Made by a program: the position numbers and the translations under genes. A stretch of DNA of 64,000 nt, taken from Negativicutes bacterium. GTDB lineage: Bacteria > Bacillota > Negativicutes > UBA1444. Position 1 is the first letter of the stretch. Every line of letters starts with the position of its first letter. Of the stretch, positions 20,222 to 29,521 are shown in pieces. The stretch covers positions 96,001-160,000 of the forward strand of contig CAXXIN010000003.1 of NCBI GenBank assembly GCA_963665275.2, read 5' to 3'. A model generated the notes under the pieces. It ran no database searches. It had not been told where the DNA came from and worked only from the letters and a program-made list of their open reading frames with translations.

Positions 20222-21978
20222 TTCGCCATCACCTCCTGGATTTTCTGCAGAATACCGGATGGTGCAAAGGTTCGCGAATCATACTTCAGATACTGGGCAT
20301 CCGCGGCAAACCCTGTTTGGCAGCGCAGCAGCGCTCCCATCTGGGCGGTGCGGTTCCCCTCAAGCAGCAGCGTTCGCCGCGCTTTCTTCAGCACTTCCGT
20401 CACGGCTGCCTCCGGAAACGGCGCAGCGTAAAGAATCTGCAGCAGATTGACGCTGATGCCCTGTTCTTTCGCCAGTTCGATCGCCGCGAGAGCCGCCCCC
20501 TTCGTGGAACCCCAGGCGATGATTGTCAGGTCGGCCTGTTCGGGTCCGTGTAGCTTGACCCCGGGAATTTCCGCGAGGATGCCCGGCAACTTGGCAAACA
20601 ATTTATCGATCCCCGCCCTGGTGATTTCCGGTTCGTTGCCGGCATATTCCTTATGGCCCGAGCTGTAGAAACCGTCCTCGCCGTGCGTGTAACTGGTGGC
20701 GATATGGCGTCCGCCGGCCTGCCCGGGAATCGCCCGTTCGGAAACTCCGTCCTCTGTCAGACGGTAACGGAGATAAGGCTGATGTTCCGCTAACCAAGCC
20801 TCATCCACCCGTTTGCCGCGGTTCACTTCCATCCCCTTGGTATCAAAGAACGGCTGGGTCACGGAAGAATCCGCCAGGAACTTATCCGTCAGGATGAAGC
20901 AGGGAACCTGGTATTTTTCCGCCAGATTGAACGCCCGGAACGTCTCCGAGAAGCATTCCTCCACGTCTCCAGGCGCCACGACCACTCGAGCGAACTCGCC
21001 CTGCGAAGCATACAGCACCTGGTTCAGGTCAGCCTGCATCGTCCGCGTCGGCAACCCCGTCGACGGACCACCCCGCTGCGCCACGACCATCACCAGCGGC
21101 GCCTCGGCCATCGCCGCGAATCCCACCGCCTCGGTCATCAGGGCGAACCCGCCGCCGCTCGTCGCGCCGAGAGCCCGTACGCCGGCGAACCCCGCGCCGA
21201 TCAGCATGTTCACTGCGGCAATCTCATCCTCGGCCTGTTTGAAAACCAATCCGTAATCCACAGCATGATCAGCCAGATAGGTCAGCACGCTGGTTCCCGG
21301 CGTCATCGGATACCCTGCCGCGAAGCGGCATCCGGCCTGCAAAGCACCTAGGGCGATGGCATCGTTGCCTGTTAAGAGCATGCGGGGCGATGGAGAAGGC
21401 TGCAATGCGAACGGGAACTTCATTCCCGCCAATAGCTGGCCTTCTTTCACCGCCCGCCACGTTTGATTAAAAATTGCCAGGTTTTTTCCCAACACTTCCG
21501 GTTTGGCAAACTCACTCGCGATTACGGCCTTCACTGCATCGGCAGGAAAATCGGTCAAGGCGCAAAATGCCCCAACCACTGCGCTGTTCGCCATCACTTT
21601 CGCCATTTCCCCCGACCCGGACTGGATCAGCGGCACGGAGATGAGCTTCACTCCCACGGGCGGCGAAACCGCATCCACTTTCACCCCGGTGTCATGGAAT
21701 ACCAGTCCGCCCGGTTTCACTTTCCCCACATTTAATTCATAGGCCTGCTGCGACACCGCCCCCAAAACATCGACAGTTTCCTCAAAGGAAGTTAACGGCG
21801 AGTCGCTAACGCGAACCAGACAATTATTGAGACCGCCCTTGATCAGAGAAGGATATTCGTTGACTACCACCGCGTGCAAGCTGTTCCGCACGGCGGCCCG
21901 AGCCAGCATCATACCGGCGCTCATTACGCCATAACCGGCTTCACCGCCAAACAAGACAATATAATCCCGATCCGACAT
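20218..21978 (-). CDS. 2-oxoacid:ferredoxin oxidoreductase alpha subunit (gamma-alpha fusion)
   Basis: GGEAGYG, YPMTP, QAEDEIAA, ATSGGG, RGGPSTGLPT; RBS GGAGG before ATG 21978. Confidence 0.92.
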   Translation of the reverse strand: MSDRDYIVLFGGEAGYGVMSAGMMLARAAVRNSLHAVVVNEYPSLIKGGLNNCLVRVSDSPLTSFEETVDVLGAVSQQAYELNVGKVKPGGLVFHDTGVKVDAVSPPVGVKLISVPLIQSGSGEMAKVMANSAVVGAFCALTDFPADAVKAVIASEFAKPEVLGKNLAIFNQTWRAVKEGQLLAGMKFPFALQPSPSPRMLLTGNDAIALGALQAGCRFAAGYPMTPGTSVLTYLADHAVDYGLVFKQAEDEIAAVNMLIGAGFAGVRALGATSGGGFALMTEAVGFAAMAEAPLVMVVAQRGGPSTGLPTRTMQADLNQVLYASQGEFARVVVAPGDVEECFSETFRAFNLAEKYQVPCFILTDKFLADSSVTQPFFDTKGMEVNRGKRVDEAWLAEHQPYLRYRLTEDGVSERAIPGQAGGRHIATSYTHGEDGFYSSGHKEYAGNEPEITRAGIDKLFAKLPGILAEIPGVKLHGPEQADLTIIAWGSTKGAALAAIELAKEQGISVNLLQILYAAPFPEAAVTEVLKKARRTLLLEGNRTAQMGALLRCQTGFAADAQYLKYDSRTFAPSGILQKIQEVMAK

Positions 21979-22165
21979 GTGCCATCCCTCCCTACAGATA
22001 TTTAGTCTTGATGTTCGGATTTCGCCAGCTTGCGCCAAAATCCTTTCTTGTTGGGAACTGCTGCGTACAGGATTTAATCTGCCTCGCCGGCAGGATTTCC
22101 GGCCATCAGGTCGAAACGGAATCTAATAGGAATTATCGAAAGTTACTCACAAGGAGGTTTTTTGA

Positions 22166-22861
22166 TTGCATTGCCCTGCAGGTCCCCAGTCTTACTCAAC
22201 TTTGAGCGAGCTGGAAAAATGTCTGTTTTCCTGTCGAGCCTGCCCTCTGCGCGATGCAGCGATCGGGCCGACTTCTTATAATGGAGACCCCGCTAGTCCT
22301 TTGATGCTCGTCGGTGAAGGCCCCGGCGGCGTGGAGGACGATTATGGAGTCCCTCTCGTCGGCCCTTCCGGGCAGTTGCTCGACAAAGCCCTCTCCCGCG
22401 TCGGCATCACCCGCGACCGCGTTTATACCACCAATGTGGTCAAATGCCGGCCGCCGGGAAACCGCACACCGACGCCCGAAGAAGGCGAATTTTGCGCCAG
22501 CCGCTGGCTCGATGCCGAAATCGCCCTGGTGCAGCCCAAAGTCATCGTGGCGCTCGGCAGTGTCGCCCTGAAATATCTCTATCATTCGAAAGCCCGTATC
22601 ACCGCCGACCGGGGCAAATGGTTCCGTACCCGGCACGAAATCTCCGCCATCGCCACCTACCATCCGGCTTACCTCCTCCGACTGACAGGCGACGCCGAAC
22701 GCAAAGCCAAGTGGGAAGTAGTGCACGATCTGGAGGCCGCCATCGCCGAAGTCCAAAAATCCGCACCGGACTGGGACCTTACTAATAGTAACCCACCGAA
22801 CCTGTTGGCGCTCTACGCCAGCCGCCGCGCCGAACGCAAGGCGCAGACCGCCAGCAAATGA
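22166..22861 (+). CDS. Uracil-DNA glycosylase, family 4
   Basis: CRACPL, VGEGPG, NVVKCRPPGNR and TYHPAYLLR motifs. Confidence 0.9.
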   Translation: MHCPAGPQSYSTLSELEKCLFSCRACPLRDAAIGPTSYNGDPASPLMLVGEGPGGVEDDYGVPLVGPSGQLLDKALSRVGITRDRVYTTNVVKCRPPGNRTPTPEEGEFCASRWLDAEIALVQPKVIVALGSVALKYLYHSKARITADRGKWFRTRHEISAIATYHPAYLLRLTGDAERKAKWEVVHDLEAAIAEVQKSAPDWDLTNSNPPNLLALYASRRAERKAQTASK

Positions 22862-22873
22862 AGTAAGGAAGCT

Positions 22874-24067
22874 ATGATCATGGAAATGTGGAAAAAGAAC
22901 CTCTGGGTCTGCTGGTTTGGCGTGTTCGCCACTTCGGCCGGGCTGAGTCAGTTAATCCCTATCCTGCCTTTGTTCATCGAACAGCTGGGTGTGCACAATG
23001 TAGCCGAAATCGAAGAATGGTCCGGCATCGCTTACGGAGTGACTTTCATCTGCATGGCCATCTTTTCTCCCATTTGGGGAAAAGCTGCCGATCGCTATGG
23101 TCGAAAACCGATGCTGCTACGCGCAAGTATGGGCATGGCCCTCGTACTCACCTGCATGGGCTTCGTACAGAATGTCTATCAACTCGTCGGCTTGCGCCTG
23201 CTGCAAGGCACCATCTCCGGCTACTATTCGGCGGCCATCACACTGGTGGCTACCCAAACCCCGAAGGAACGGTCCGGCTGGGCGCTGGGAACCCTATCCT
23301 CCGGAGCTGTCGCCGGCATGCTGCTCGGCCCTTTAATCGGAGGCGCAGTTTCCGAGTTGCTCGGAATTCGCAGTGTTTTCTTTGTAATCGGCGCCCTGCT
23401 GCTGGTCGCTTTCCTAGCGGCTTTGCTGTATATTTCGGAAGATTTTACCCCGTCAGAAACTCCATCGCCGAACTTGCGGGAAATTTGGAGCACGCTGCCC
23501 TTTCCGGAAGTCACGATCGCCATGTTCGTGACTACTCTGATCCTGCAGCTCGCTCTGATGTCCATCCAGCCGATTCTTACCGTCTATATCGCTGAGTTGT
23601 CCACGGACACCGCGCACATCGCTTTCATCTCCGGCATGGTTTTCGCCGCGTCAGGCCTGGCCAGCATCATCGCCGCACCGAGGCTCGGCGCCCTGGCAGA
23701 CCGGATCGGTCCGCAAAAAGTAATGGTCGTCGCCCTGCTGGCTGCCGGGCTCCTATTTATTCCCCAGGCGTTGGTCCGCAACCCCTGGGAATTGATGGTC
23801 CTGCGGTTTTTGCTCGGAATCGCCACCGCCAGCCTGTTGCCATCCATCAATACGATGCTCCGGCATATCACACCGGATGAAATAACGGGACGAGTGTACG
23901 GCTACAACCAGTCCGCTCAGTTCATCGGATCCTTCGGCGGAGCTGTGATGGGAGGGCAAATCGCCGCGTCGGTCGGCATTCATTATGTGTTTTTTGTTAC
24001 CAGTATCCTGCTTCTCGCCAATGCGGCCTGGGTCTATTTCCGGGTTTACAGGAAAGTGGCAGCCTGA
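22874..24067 (+). CDS. MFS multidrug efflux transporter (MdtG-like)
   Basis: WKKNL start, WGKAADRYGRKPMLLRAS, about 12 TM segments. Confidence 0.88.
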   Translation: MIMEMWKKNLWVCWFGVFATSAGLSQLIPILPLFIEQLGVHNVAEIEEWSGIAYGVTFICMAIFSPIWGKAADRYGRKPMLLRASMGMALVLTCMGFVQNVYQLVGLRLLQGTISGYYSAAITLVATQTPKERSGWALGTLSSGAVAGMLLGPLIGGAVSELLGIRSVFFVIGALLLVAFLAALLYISEDFTPSETPSPNLREIWSTLPFPEVTIAMFVTTLILQLALMSIQPILTVYIAELSTDTAHIAFISGMVFAASGLASIIAAPRLGALADRIGPQKVMVVALLAAGLLFIPQALVRNPWELMVLRFLLGIATASLLPSINTMLRHITPDEITGRVYGYNQSAQFIGSFGGAVMGGQIAASVGIHYVFFVTSILLLANAAWVYFRVYRKVAA

Positions 24068-24098
24068 TAGAGCCAGCTAAAATAACGGGAGTAAAAAG

Positions 24099-24722
24099 AT
24101 GAGACAAATTACCCGACGCGAATTCTGCAAATTTTCCGCCCTGGCTGGACTCTCCGTCTTGCCTGGCAGTCAGCTTCTGCGACCAAGCTCCTGCTTCGCT
24201 GCGGCCCCAACCTCAGGCAACAACTACTATTTGGCGCGCCGCCAGGAACTGCTGCACGACTTTGCCTGCACCTTGGAAGGCGTCAATGAGTTTTTAGCCC
24301 CAGAATTCGGCCTGATACGAACCCGAATGATCACGGACCAAGCGATGAAAAACTTCGAAGCCCGGCTCCCCAAACTTCCCGATGTAGGCGGAGATCAAAA
24401 CTGGGACACGGAGTTCATCCCCATTGCCGCCTGGTATGTATCTCTTTATGAGCCCATGAGACAGAACGGAAAAACCGCCGAAGAGGTCGGCAAGCTAATT
24501 TATGATCTCAACGAATACTGCCGCTCACAAGGAACTCCGGAAATAGCCCCTTACATCTGCCCCACTGACTTCGATCGCAGCCGGACCTATGGCACAGGTC
24601 TGCAACGAACCAAAACCATCGCCCGGGGAGACGGGATCTGCAATTTCCGGTTCAAAAAAGACCGTCCTGTCGTGCAGAACTGGTCAACAGAGCTGGCATT
24701 GATCCGCGCCAGTCGCGCCTGA
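24099..24722 (+). CDS. Tat-exported protein with ATC-hydrolase-like C-terminal motif, possibly internally deleted
   Basis: TRREFCK Tat motif; PYICPTDF...LQRTKTIARGDGICNFRF resembles the L-2-aminothiazoline-4-carboxylate hydrolase family. Confidence 0.55.
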   Translation: MRQITRREFCKFSALAGLSVLPGSQLLRPSSCFAAAPTSGNNYYLARRQELLHDFACTLEGVNEFLAPEFGLIRTRMITDQAMKNFEARLPKLPDVGGDQNWDTEFIPIAAWYVSLYEPMRQNGKTAEEVGKLIYDLNEYCRSQGTPEIAPYICPTDFDRSRTYGTGLQRTKTIARGDGICNFRFKKDRPVVQNWSTELALIRASRA

Positions 24723-24749
24723 TAAGACCTGCGTCCAATGAACCCAAAA

Positions 24750-24790
24750 GCGGTAGAGAGCTTTATCAAAGTCCTCTACCGCCTTTTTTT
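24750..24790 (+). terminator. Intrinsic terminator
   Basis: GCGGTAGAG / CTCTACCGC stem followed by a T7 tail. Confidence 0.75.
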
Positions 24791-24970
24791 GTCCTCAGAA
24801 CTGCGCCGTGTAGTTGCTCTCGATGATTTTCACGAATCGAGTGACATAAAAAAAATACCGCTCTGGCAAAATTTCACCTTTCACCAACTAGTACTTTCAC
24901 AGATATAGATTATCATGATAAAGTAAAGACAACAATCGCAACCATCATTAACAAGCAGGAGGAATGCAGC

Positions 24971-25951
24971 ATGAAAACAGCCCGCAAGGTAATCGTTACA
25001 GAATTCGGCGCCCCGGAAAAAATGCAGATCGTATCCGCAGAATTGCCAGAGCCTGCTGCTGGGGAGGTTCAATTGCGCCAAACGGCGATTGGACTCAACT
25101 TCATCGATATCTACCAGCGCAAGGGAGTCTACCCGCTGCCCCTGCCGACCGGCCTCGGTCACGAAGCCGCCGGTGTCGTCGAAGCGGTCGGACCCGGCGT
25201 CGAGACCTTCAAAGTCGGAGACCGGGTGGCGTACATGAACGCCGGACTCGGCGCATATGCCGATTTCCGCAATGTCTCTGCCGACCGTCTGGTCAGCATT
25301 CCGGCGGGCGTGTCCGACGAGCAGGCGGCCGCGCTGCTGTTCAAGGGCATCACCGCACAGTATCTGCTACGAAAGACGCACGTCGTCAAAGCTGGAGAGA
25401 TCGTGCTGATCCATGCCGCCGCCGGCGGTGTCGGCCAGATTCTCTGCCAGTGGGCCAAAGGGCTGGGAGCCTTTGTCATCGGCACGGCCGGTTCGCAGGC
25501 CAAGTGTGCGGTTGCCAAAGCCGCAGGCGCCGATATCGCCATCGACTACTCGCAGGAAGACTGGGTGAAAACCTTGCTGGAAGCAACCGGCGGCAAAAAA
25601 GCCAATGTGGTCTATGATTCGGTAGGCAAGGATACTTTCCTGAAATCGCTGGAGTGTGCGGCGCAGTTCGGCCTCGTGGTATTATTCGGAGCGGCTTCCG
25701 GCCCGGCCCCCGCCATCGACCCGGAATTGCTGAACAAGAAAGGCTGTCTGTTCCTCACCCGCCCCTCCGTATTCCCGCACAATGCCGACCCGGAAGTATT
25801 CCGCGCCAATGCCGCCGAACTGTTCGCGGTAATCGCATCGGGCGTCGTGAAGCCCGCTATCAGCGCGAAGTTCTCCCTTGAAGATATCGCTGCGGCTCAC
25901 CGATCAGCCGAAGCACGGGCAACGCAGGGAGCCACGCTGATCATCCCCTAA
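24971..25951 (+). CDS. qor: NADPH:quinone oxidoreductase (zeta-crystallin family)
   Basis: GLNFIDIYQRKG, HAAAGGVG, VVYDSVG, LFLTRPS. Confidence 0.88.
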   Translation: MKTARKVIVTEFGAPEKMQIVSAELPEPAAGEVQLRQTAIGLNFIDIYQRKGVYPLPLPTGLGHEAAGVVEAVGPGVETFKVGDRVAYMNAGLGAYADFRNVSADRLVSIPAGVSDEQAAALLFKGITAQYLLRKTHVVKAGEIVLIHAAAGGVGQILCQWAKGLGAFVIGTAGSQAKCAVAKAAGADIAIDYSQEDWVKTLLEATGGKKANVVYDSVGKDTFLKSLECAAQFGLVVLFGAASGPAPAIDPELLNKKGCLFLTRPSVFPHNADPEVFRANAAELFAVIASGVVKPAISAKFSLEDIAAAHRSAEARATQGATLIIP

Positions 25952-25978
25952 ACATTACAACATCAAGGAGGACCTTCG

Positions 25979-26434
25979 TTGGAACCGATTTTTTCACTTG
26001 AAAAAGCAAACGACCATAGCCAGGGACATCTGTCAGACATCCTCGGACTCGAATTTCTCGAAATCTCGCGCCAGAAAATTCGCAGCCGCATGACGATCAC
26101 GCAAAAACACCGATCTCCCACCGGCTACCTGCATGCAGCCGCCATCATAGCCCTCGCCGACACCACCTGCGGCTGCGGTACGGCTATCAATCTTCCGAAA
26201 GGCAACAATGGTTTCACAACCCTGGAACTGAAAAGCAATTTTCTGGGTACCCTGCGCGAAGGGGAACTGTTTTGCGAAGCCGTGCCCGAACATATCGGCC
26301 GAACCTCTCAAGTCTGGTCCGCTACCGTTACGGACGAGAACGGAAAGCGAATTGCCCTGTTTCGCTGCAGCCAGATCATCCTGTACCCCGAGTGCGGCAA
26401 TTTGAATCTCAAAATAGAGAGCACTCCCAAGTAA
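25979..26434 (+). CDS. PaaI-family hotdog thioesterase
   Basis: GYLHAAAIIALADT, TTLELKSNFL. Confidence 0.85.
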   Translation: MEPIFSLEKANDHSQGHLSDILGLEFLEISRQKIRSRMTITQKHRSPTGYLHAAAIIALADTTCGCGTAINLPKGNNGFTTLELKSNFLGTLREGELFCEAVPEHIGRTSQVWSATVTDENGKRIALFRCSQIILYPECGNLNLKIESTPK

Positions 26435-26490
26435 AAAGGAATCAAATGTCTGCATCGATCAATGTTCAATATTATTGAAGGTGGGTTACT

Positions 26491-27018
26491 ATGAGTATCC
26501 ATTATGAAGTGATTCCCGCAGAAAATATTATTCTCATTAGGGATTTGTGCAATGATTTAATGGCTTATCAAAAATCAAAAGCATATATTCGCCCAGAGCT
26601 GTTTGATGGCATGTGTTTTGAGTCCAGGCTGGCTCCCTCTGTCCAGAGTGCAACAGAAAACTACATCGTAGTCGCCAAAGAGGGTGCTGAAATTGTGGGG
26701 TATGTGTATAGCAATATTGCCCCCAAGAAAAACTATGCAAATGACTTCGCAACTTTTTTTGACCTTGATTCTGTAAATGGCGATACAGTCGGCTGTCTAT
26801 CTCAGTTTTATCTAAAAGAAAGGTATCGCAACACCGGCATTGGTACTGTTTTGTTCGACAAGTCGATGGATTGGCTGCGTTCCTTCAAGGCAGTAGACGA
26901 TCTGTTTATTTTTGTATCCAACGGGAACGATAGTGCTTTGCAATTCTATCTGGGTAAAGGGTTCAAAATAAGTCACCCGATCCTTGATGGTTTTATTACA
27001 GTGCTCAGAAATAGTTAG
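26491..27018 (+). CDS. GNAT N-acetyltransferase
   Basis: YRNTGIG acetyl-CoA motif; N...ALQFY..GF. Confidence 0.8.
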   Translation: MSIHYEVIPAENIILIRDLCNDLMAYQKSKAYIRPELFDGMCFESRLAPSVQSATENYIVVAKEGAEIVGYVYSNIAPKKNYANDFATFFDLDSVNGDTVGCLSQFYLKERYRNTGIGTVLFDKSMDWLRSFKAVDDLFIFVSNGNDSALQFYLGKGFKISHPILDGFITVLRNS

Positions 27019-27125
27019 CCCTTTTCTCTTCCTGCATATTCGTCCGATCCAAGGAGGAAGAATAGCAACAATTGCAGAATTAAAAAGGGTGAGAATCGGG
27101 AAATAACTTCAACGGGCGGTGAAAA

Positions 27126-27482
27126 ATGGACATCAAGGACAGTGGAAACAGGACAGAGTTCGAATCCGGAGCTGTGAGAGATTTACACGCAGGGAAAGGA
27201 CGCTATGATTTGATTCCATGGGACGCAATTCACGAACTGGCGATTCATTGTGAGCAAGGCGCCAAAAAATACGGCGAGAGAAACTGTGAAAAAGGCATTC
27301 CAATTCACTCTTTGATCGACAGTGCTATCAGGCATTTATCCTGTTATCTGAGAGGGATGAAAGACGAACCGCACCTACGGGCAGCGCTGTGGAACATTGC
27401 CTTTGCGATTTGGATGGAGAAAAACCGACCTGATATGCAAGACATCCCCGCCAGAATGTCGCCGAAAGAGAATGCCGATTGA
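27126..27482 (+). CDS. DUF5664 / dATP-dGTP diphosphohydrolase-like protein (phage-type)
   Basis: FESGAVRD...KGRYDLIP...GAKKYGERN.EKG...DSAIRH...DEPHL.AA.WN pattern. Confidence 0.75.
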   Translation: MDIKDSGNRTEFESGAVRDLHAGKGRYDLIPWDAIHELAIHCEQGAKKYGERNCEKGIPIHSLIDSAIRHLSCYLRGMKDEPHLRAALWNIAFAIWMEKNRPDMQDIPARMSPKENAD

Positions 27483-27506
27483 ATAAGAAGCCACCAACTT
27501 GCTATT

Positions 27507-27558
27507 AGCACAATAAAAGGCCATGCTTTTCAATGCAAGCATGGCCTTTTATTGTGCT
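27507..27558. terminator. Bidirectional terminator
   Basis: Long inverted repeat AGCACAATAAAAGGCCATGCTT / AAGCATGGCCTTTTATTGTGCT between convergent genes. Confidence 0.8.
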
Positions 27559-27608
27559 TCTGGTAATCAGGTGGTTTCATGCATAGGTGACTGGGCCGTC
27601 AGCTTTTT

Positions 27609-28418
27609 TTATCGTATTGGAAGGAAAAAACGCAAGCCCAAATTGTCCGTGAGCAGCATTTTAACCACGGCCAAGTATTCCCGCACGGCATAATTCAACA
27701 TGATTGTACTGGGCGTTTCTGCTGCCAGACCATATACTTTGGCATAATATTTCCCGGCAATATACTTGGATCGAAACATATGATAGTCACTGGTAACGAT
27801 CAGTATATCCCGCATTTGCTTGCCGTCCATCCTGTCGAGCAGTTCTCTCGTATTTTTTAAATTCTCATCACTCGATTTCGATTGGTCTTCTTTCAAGATC
27901 CGGATTGCAGCGATCCCATGAGAGACCAGATAACGCTGCATGACTTCCGCTTCAGTCATATTTGCCTCGGACCCCATCCCGCCCGAGACTACTACTTTCG
28001 CATCGGGATGCAGAACCAGATATTCGATTCCCTTGTCTAGTCTTCTTTTGAGCGTTAAAGAAGGCTGGTCCCGTTGGACCCCCGCCCCAAGTATGACTGT
28101 ATATTCCACCGCAACTTTGTCATTGGTGTGCAAAGACTGATAAACAAGCGCCTCAACCCAAATAAAAGATACTATCCCCAGCAATATCAACAGCGACATC
28201 AACTTGTTGGCCAGCGACAATACAAAGTGGGGGCTTCGATGAAGGGCATCCAGGGTAATGCCGTAAACCAGTAAAAACAGCCCGGTCACCATCGTCCCAA
28301 CCGTGACAAACGTCAGTCCAAACCGAAAATATACCATACCCATACCAAGCAGTACTATGCCAACACCCATCGCTACCATAGATAATCCGAGTTTTGAATT
28401 ATTAATTCGCAGTTTCAT
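27609..28418 (-). CDS. YdcF/ElyC (DUF218) family membrane protein
   Basis: ILGAG, VSGG, TEAEVM, EN, VTSDYHMFR and RE motifs; N-terminal TMs. Confidence 0.85.
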   Translation of the reverse strand: MKLRINNSKLGLSMVAMGVGIVLLGMGMVYFRFGLTFVTVGTMVTGLFLLVYGITLDALHRSPHFVLSLANKLMSLLILLGIVSFIWVEALVYQSLHTNDKVAVEYTVILGAGVQRDQPSLTLKRRLDKGIEYLVLHPDAKVVVSGGMGSEANMTEAEVMQRYLVSHGIAAIRILKEDQSKSSDENLKNTRELLDRMDGKQMRDILIVTSDYHMFRSKYIAGKYYAKVYGLAAETPSTIMLNYAVREYLAVVKMLLTDNLGLRFFLPIR

Positions 28419-28538
28419 AATAAGCTAATTTCAACGACAAACTCTTTTCCCCTTCCAAGAAAGGGGCTTTCTCAAAATTGGTTTTTCCCTGATTGAGACA
28501 GCCCGCGTTTATTACTTGAAAAACAATCACGGCATACT

Positions 28539-29504
28539 CTACAAAGTGTCCTTTAAATAATCAATCAGCAACCGCGTTCGTCTTTTCGCACCCAAGTCAT
28601 TCAAATGATACGCTGTATCATAGATATACTCAGGTCCATATGCAACTTCATCAAATTTACCTAATACTTTAATGCCCCTTGTTTGCCAAAATCGATCAAT
28701 TTGCGCAATAGTTTTTGAGGTGGTACTGGAAAAATAAGCTTTGTTATATAAAATTGGAGGGTATGTAACCAAAATAGTAATATTTCGATGACTGCACCAA
28801 ACCACGAAACTATCCAGCAAATTCCATGATTTTGACTCTTTGCTTATGCCATGCGTTAGATGTTTGAGTGGGATAAAACGCAATATTGCTTCACGAGTTG
28901 GAGCATTTTCATGCTTATTGTTGCTTTCATCGCCATTTTCATTGAGCGTCCATGATTGGTAACCGTCAGTGGAATATGCATCAGGCACAATAAACTTGCT
29001 TTTTATCCCTTTAGCTAAGCGTATTATATCTGTGCCAAACACAAACTGCGTTATTTCCAAAGCAGGTCTTTTTTGCAAATACGCCAGATCTCTTGAAAAA
29101 ACATAGTCGATCAAAACATTGTCGGGCGTTCCCTGATCATCATATAGACTATACTCCAATGGCAATATAATGATATCTCTCGGGTGAGCAACCGACTTGG
29201 TTTGTTCCAAAATATAATTCAGCTGCAAACCAGCACTTACCGCCATGTTTATGGTCGGTATTTGCAGTTCATTCTCGATGGTTTTTGCATTCACCCCAAA
29301 CAAAGCACTTGACCCAGCAACGATCAGAATCTTGGGTTCAGTGATCTTACTTGCATTAGTAGTCTTTTGGATAATGCTCTCATGTATCCATCGTGAACTC
29401 TCGGTGGGTGCTCCCAACTGCGCATATGCAAGAATACACCAAAGTACGCTTGACAACAGTATAGACCCCACAAAGAAACCATAAAACTGTACAGACTTAT
29501 TCAT
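28539..29504 (-). CDS. SGNH-like extracytoplasmic acyltransferase partner (AlgJ/PatB/DltD-like)
   Basis: N-terminal TM, GSS nucleophile motif, C-terminal DTAYHLN (D-x-x-H); directly follows the MBOAT gene. Confidence 0.6.
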   Translation of the reverse strand: MNKSVQFYGFFVGSILLSSVLWCILAYAQLGAPTESSRWIHESIIQKTTNASKITEPKILIVAGSSALFGVNAKTIENELQIPTINMAVSAGLQLNYILEQTKSVAHPRDIIILPLEYSLYDDQGTPDNVLIDYVFSRDLAYLQKRPALEITQFVFGTDIIRLAKGIKSKFIVPDAYSTDGYQSWTLNENGDESNNKHENAPTREAILRFIPLKHLTHGISKESKSWNLLDSFVVWCSHRNITILVTYPPILYNKAYFSSTTSKTIAQIDRFWQTRGIKVLGKFDEVAYGPEYIYDTAYHLNDLGAKRRTRLLIDYLKDTL

Positions 29505-29521
29505 GGCACATCACACCCGCC

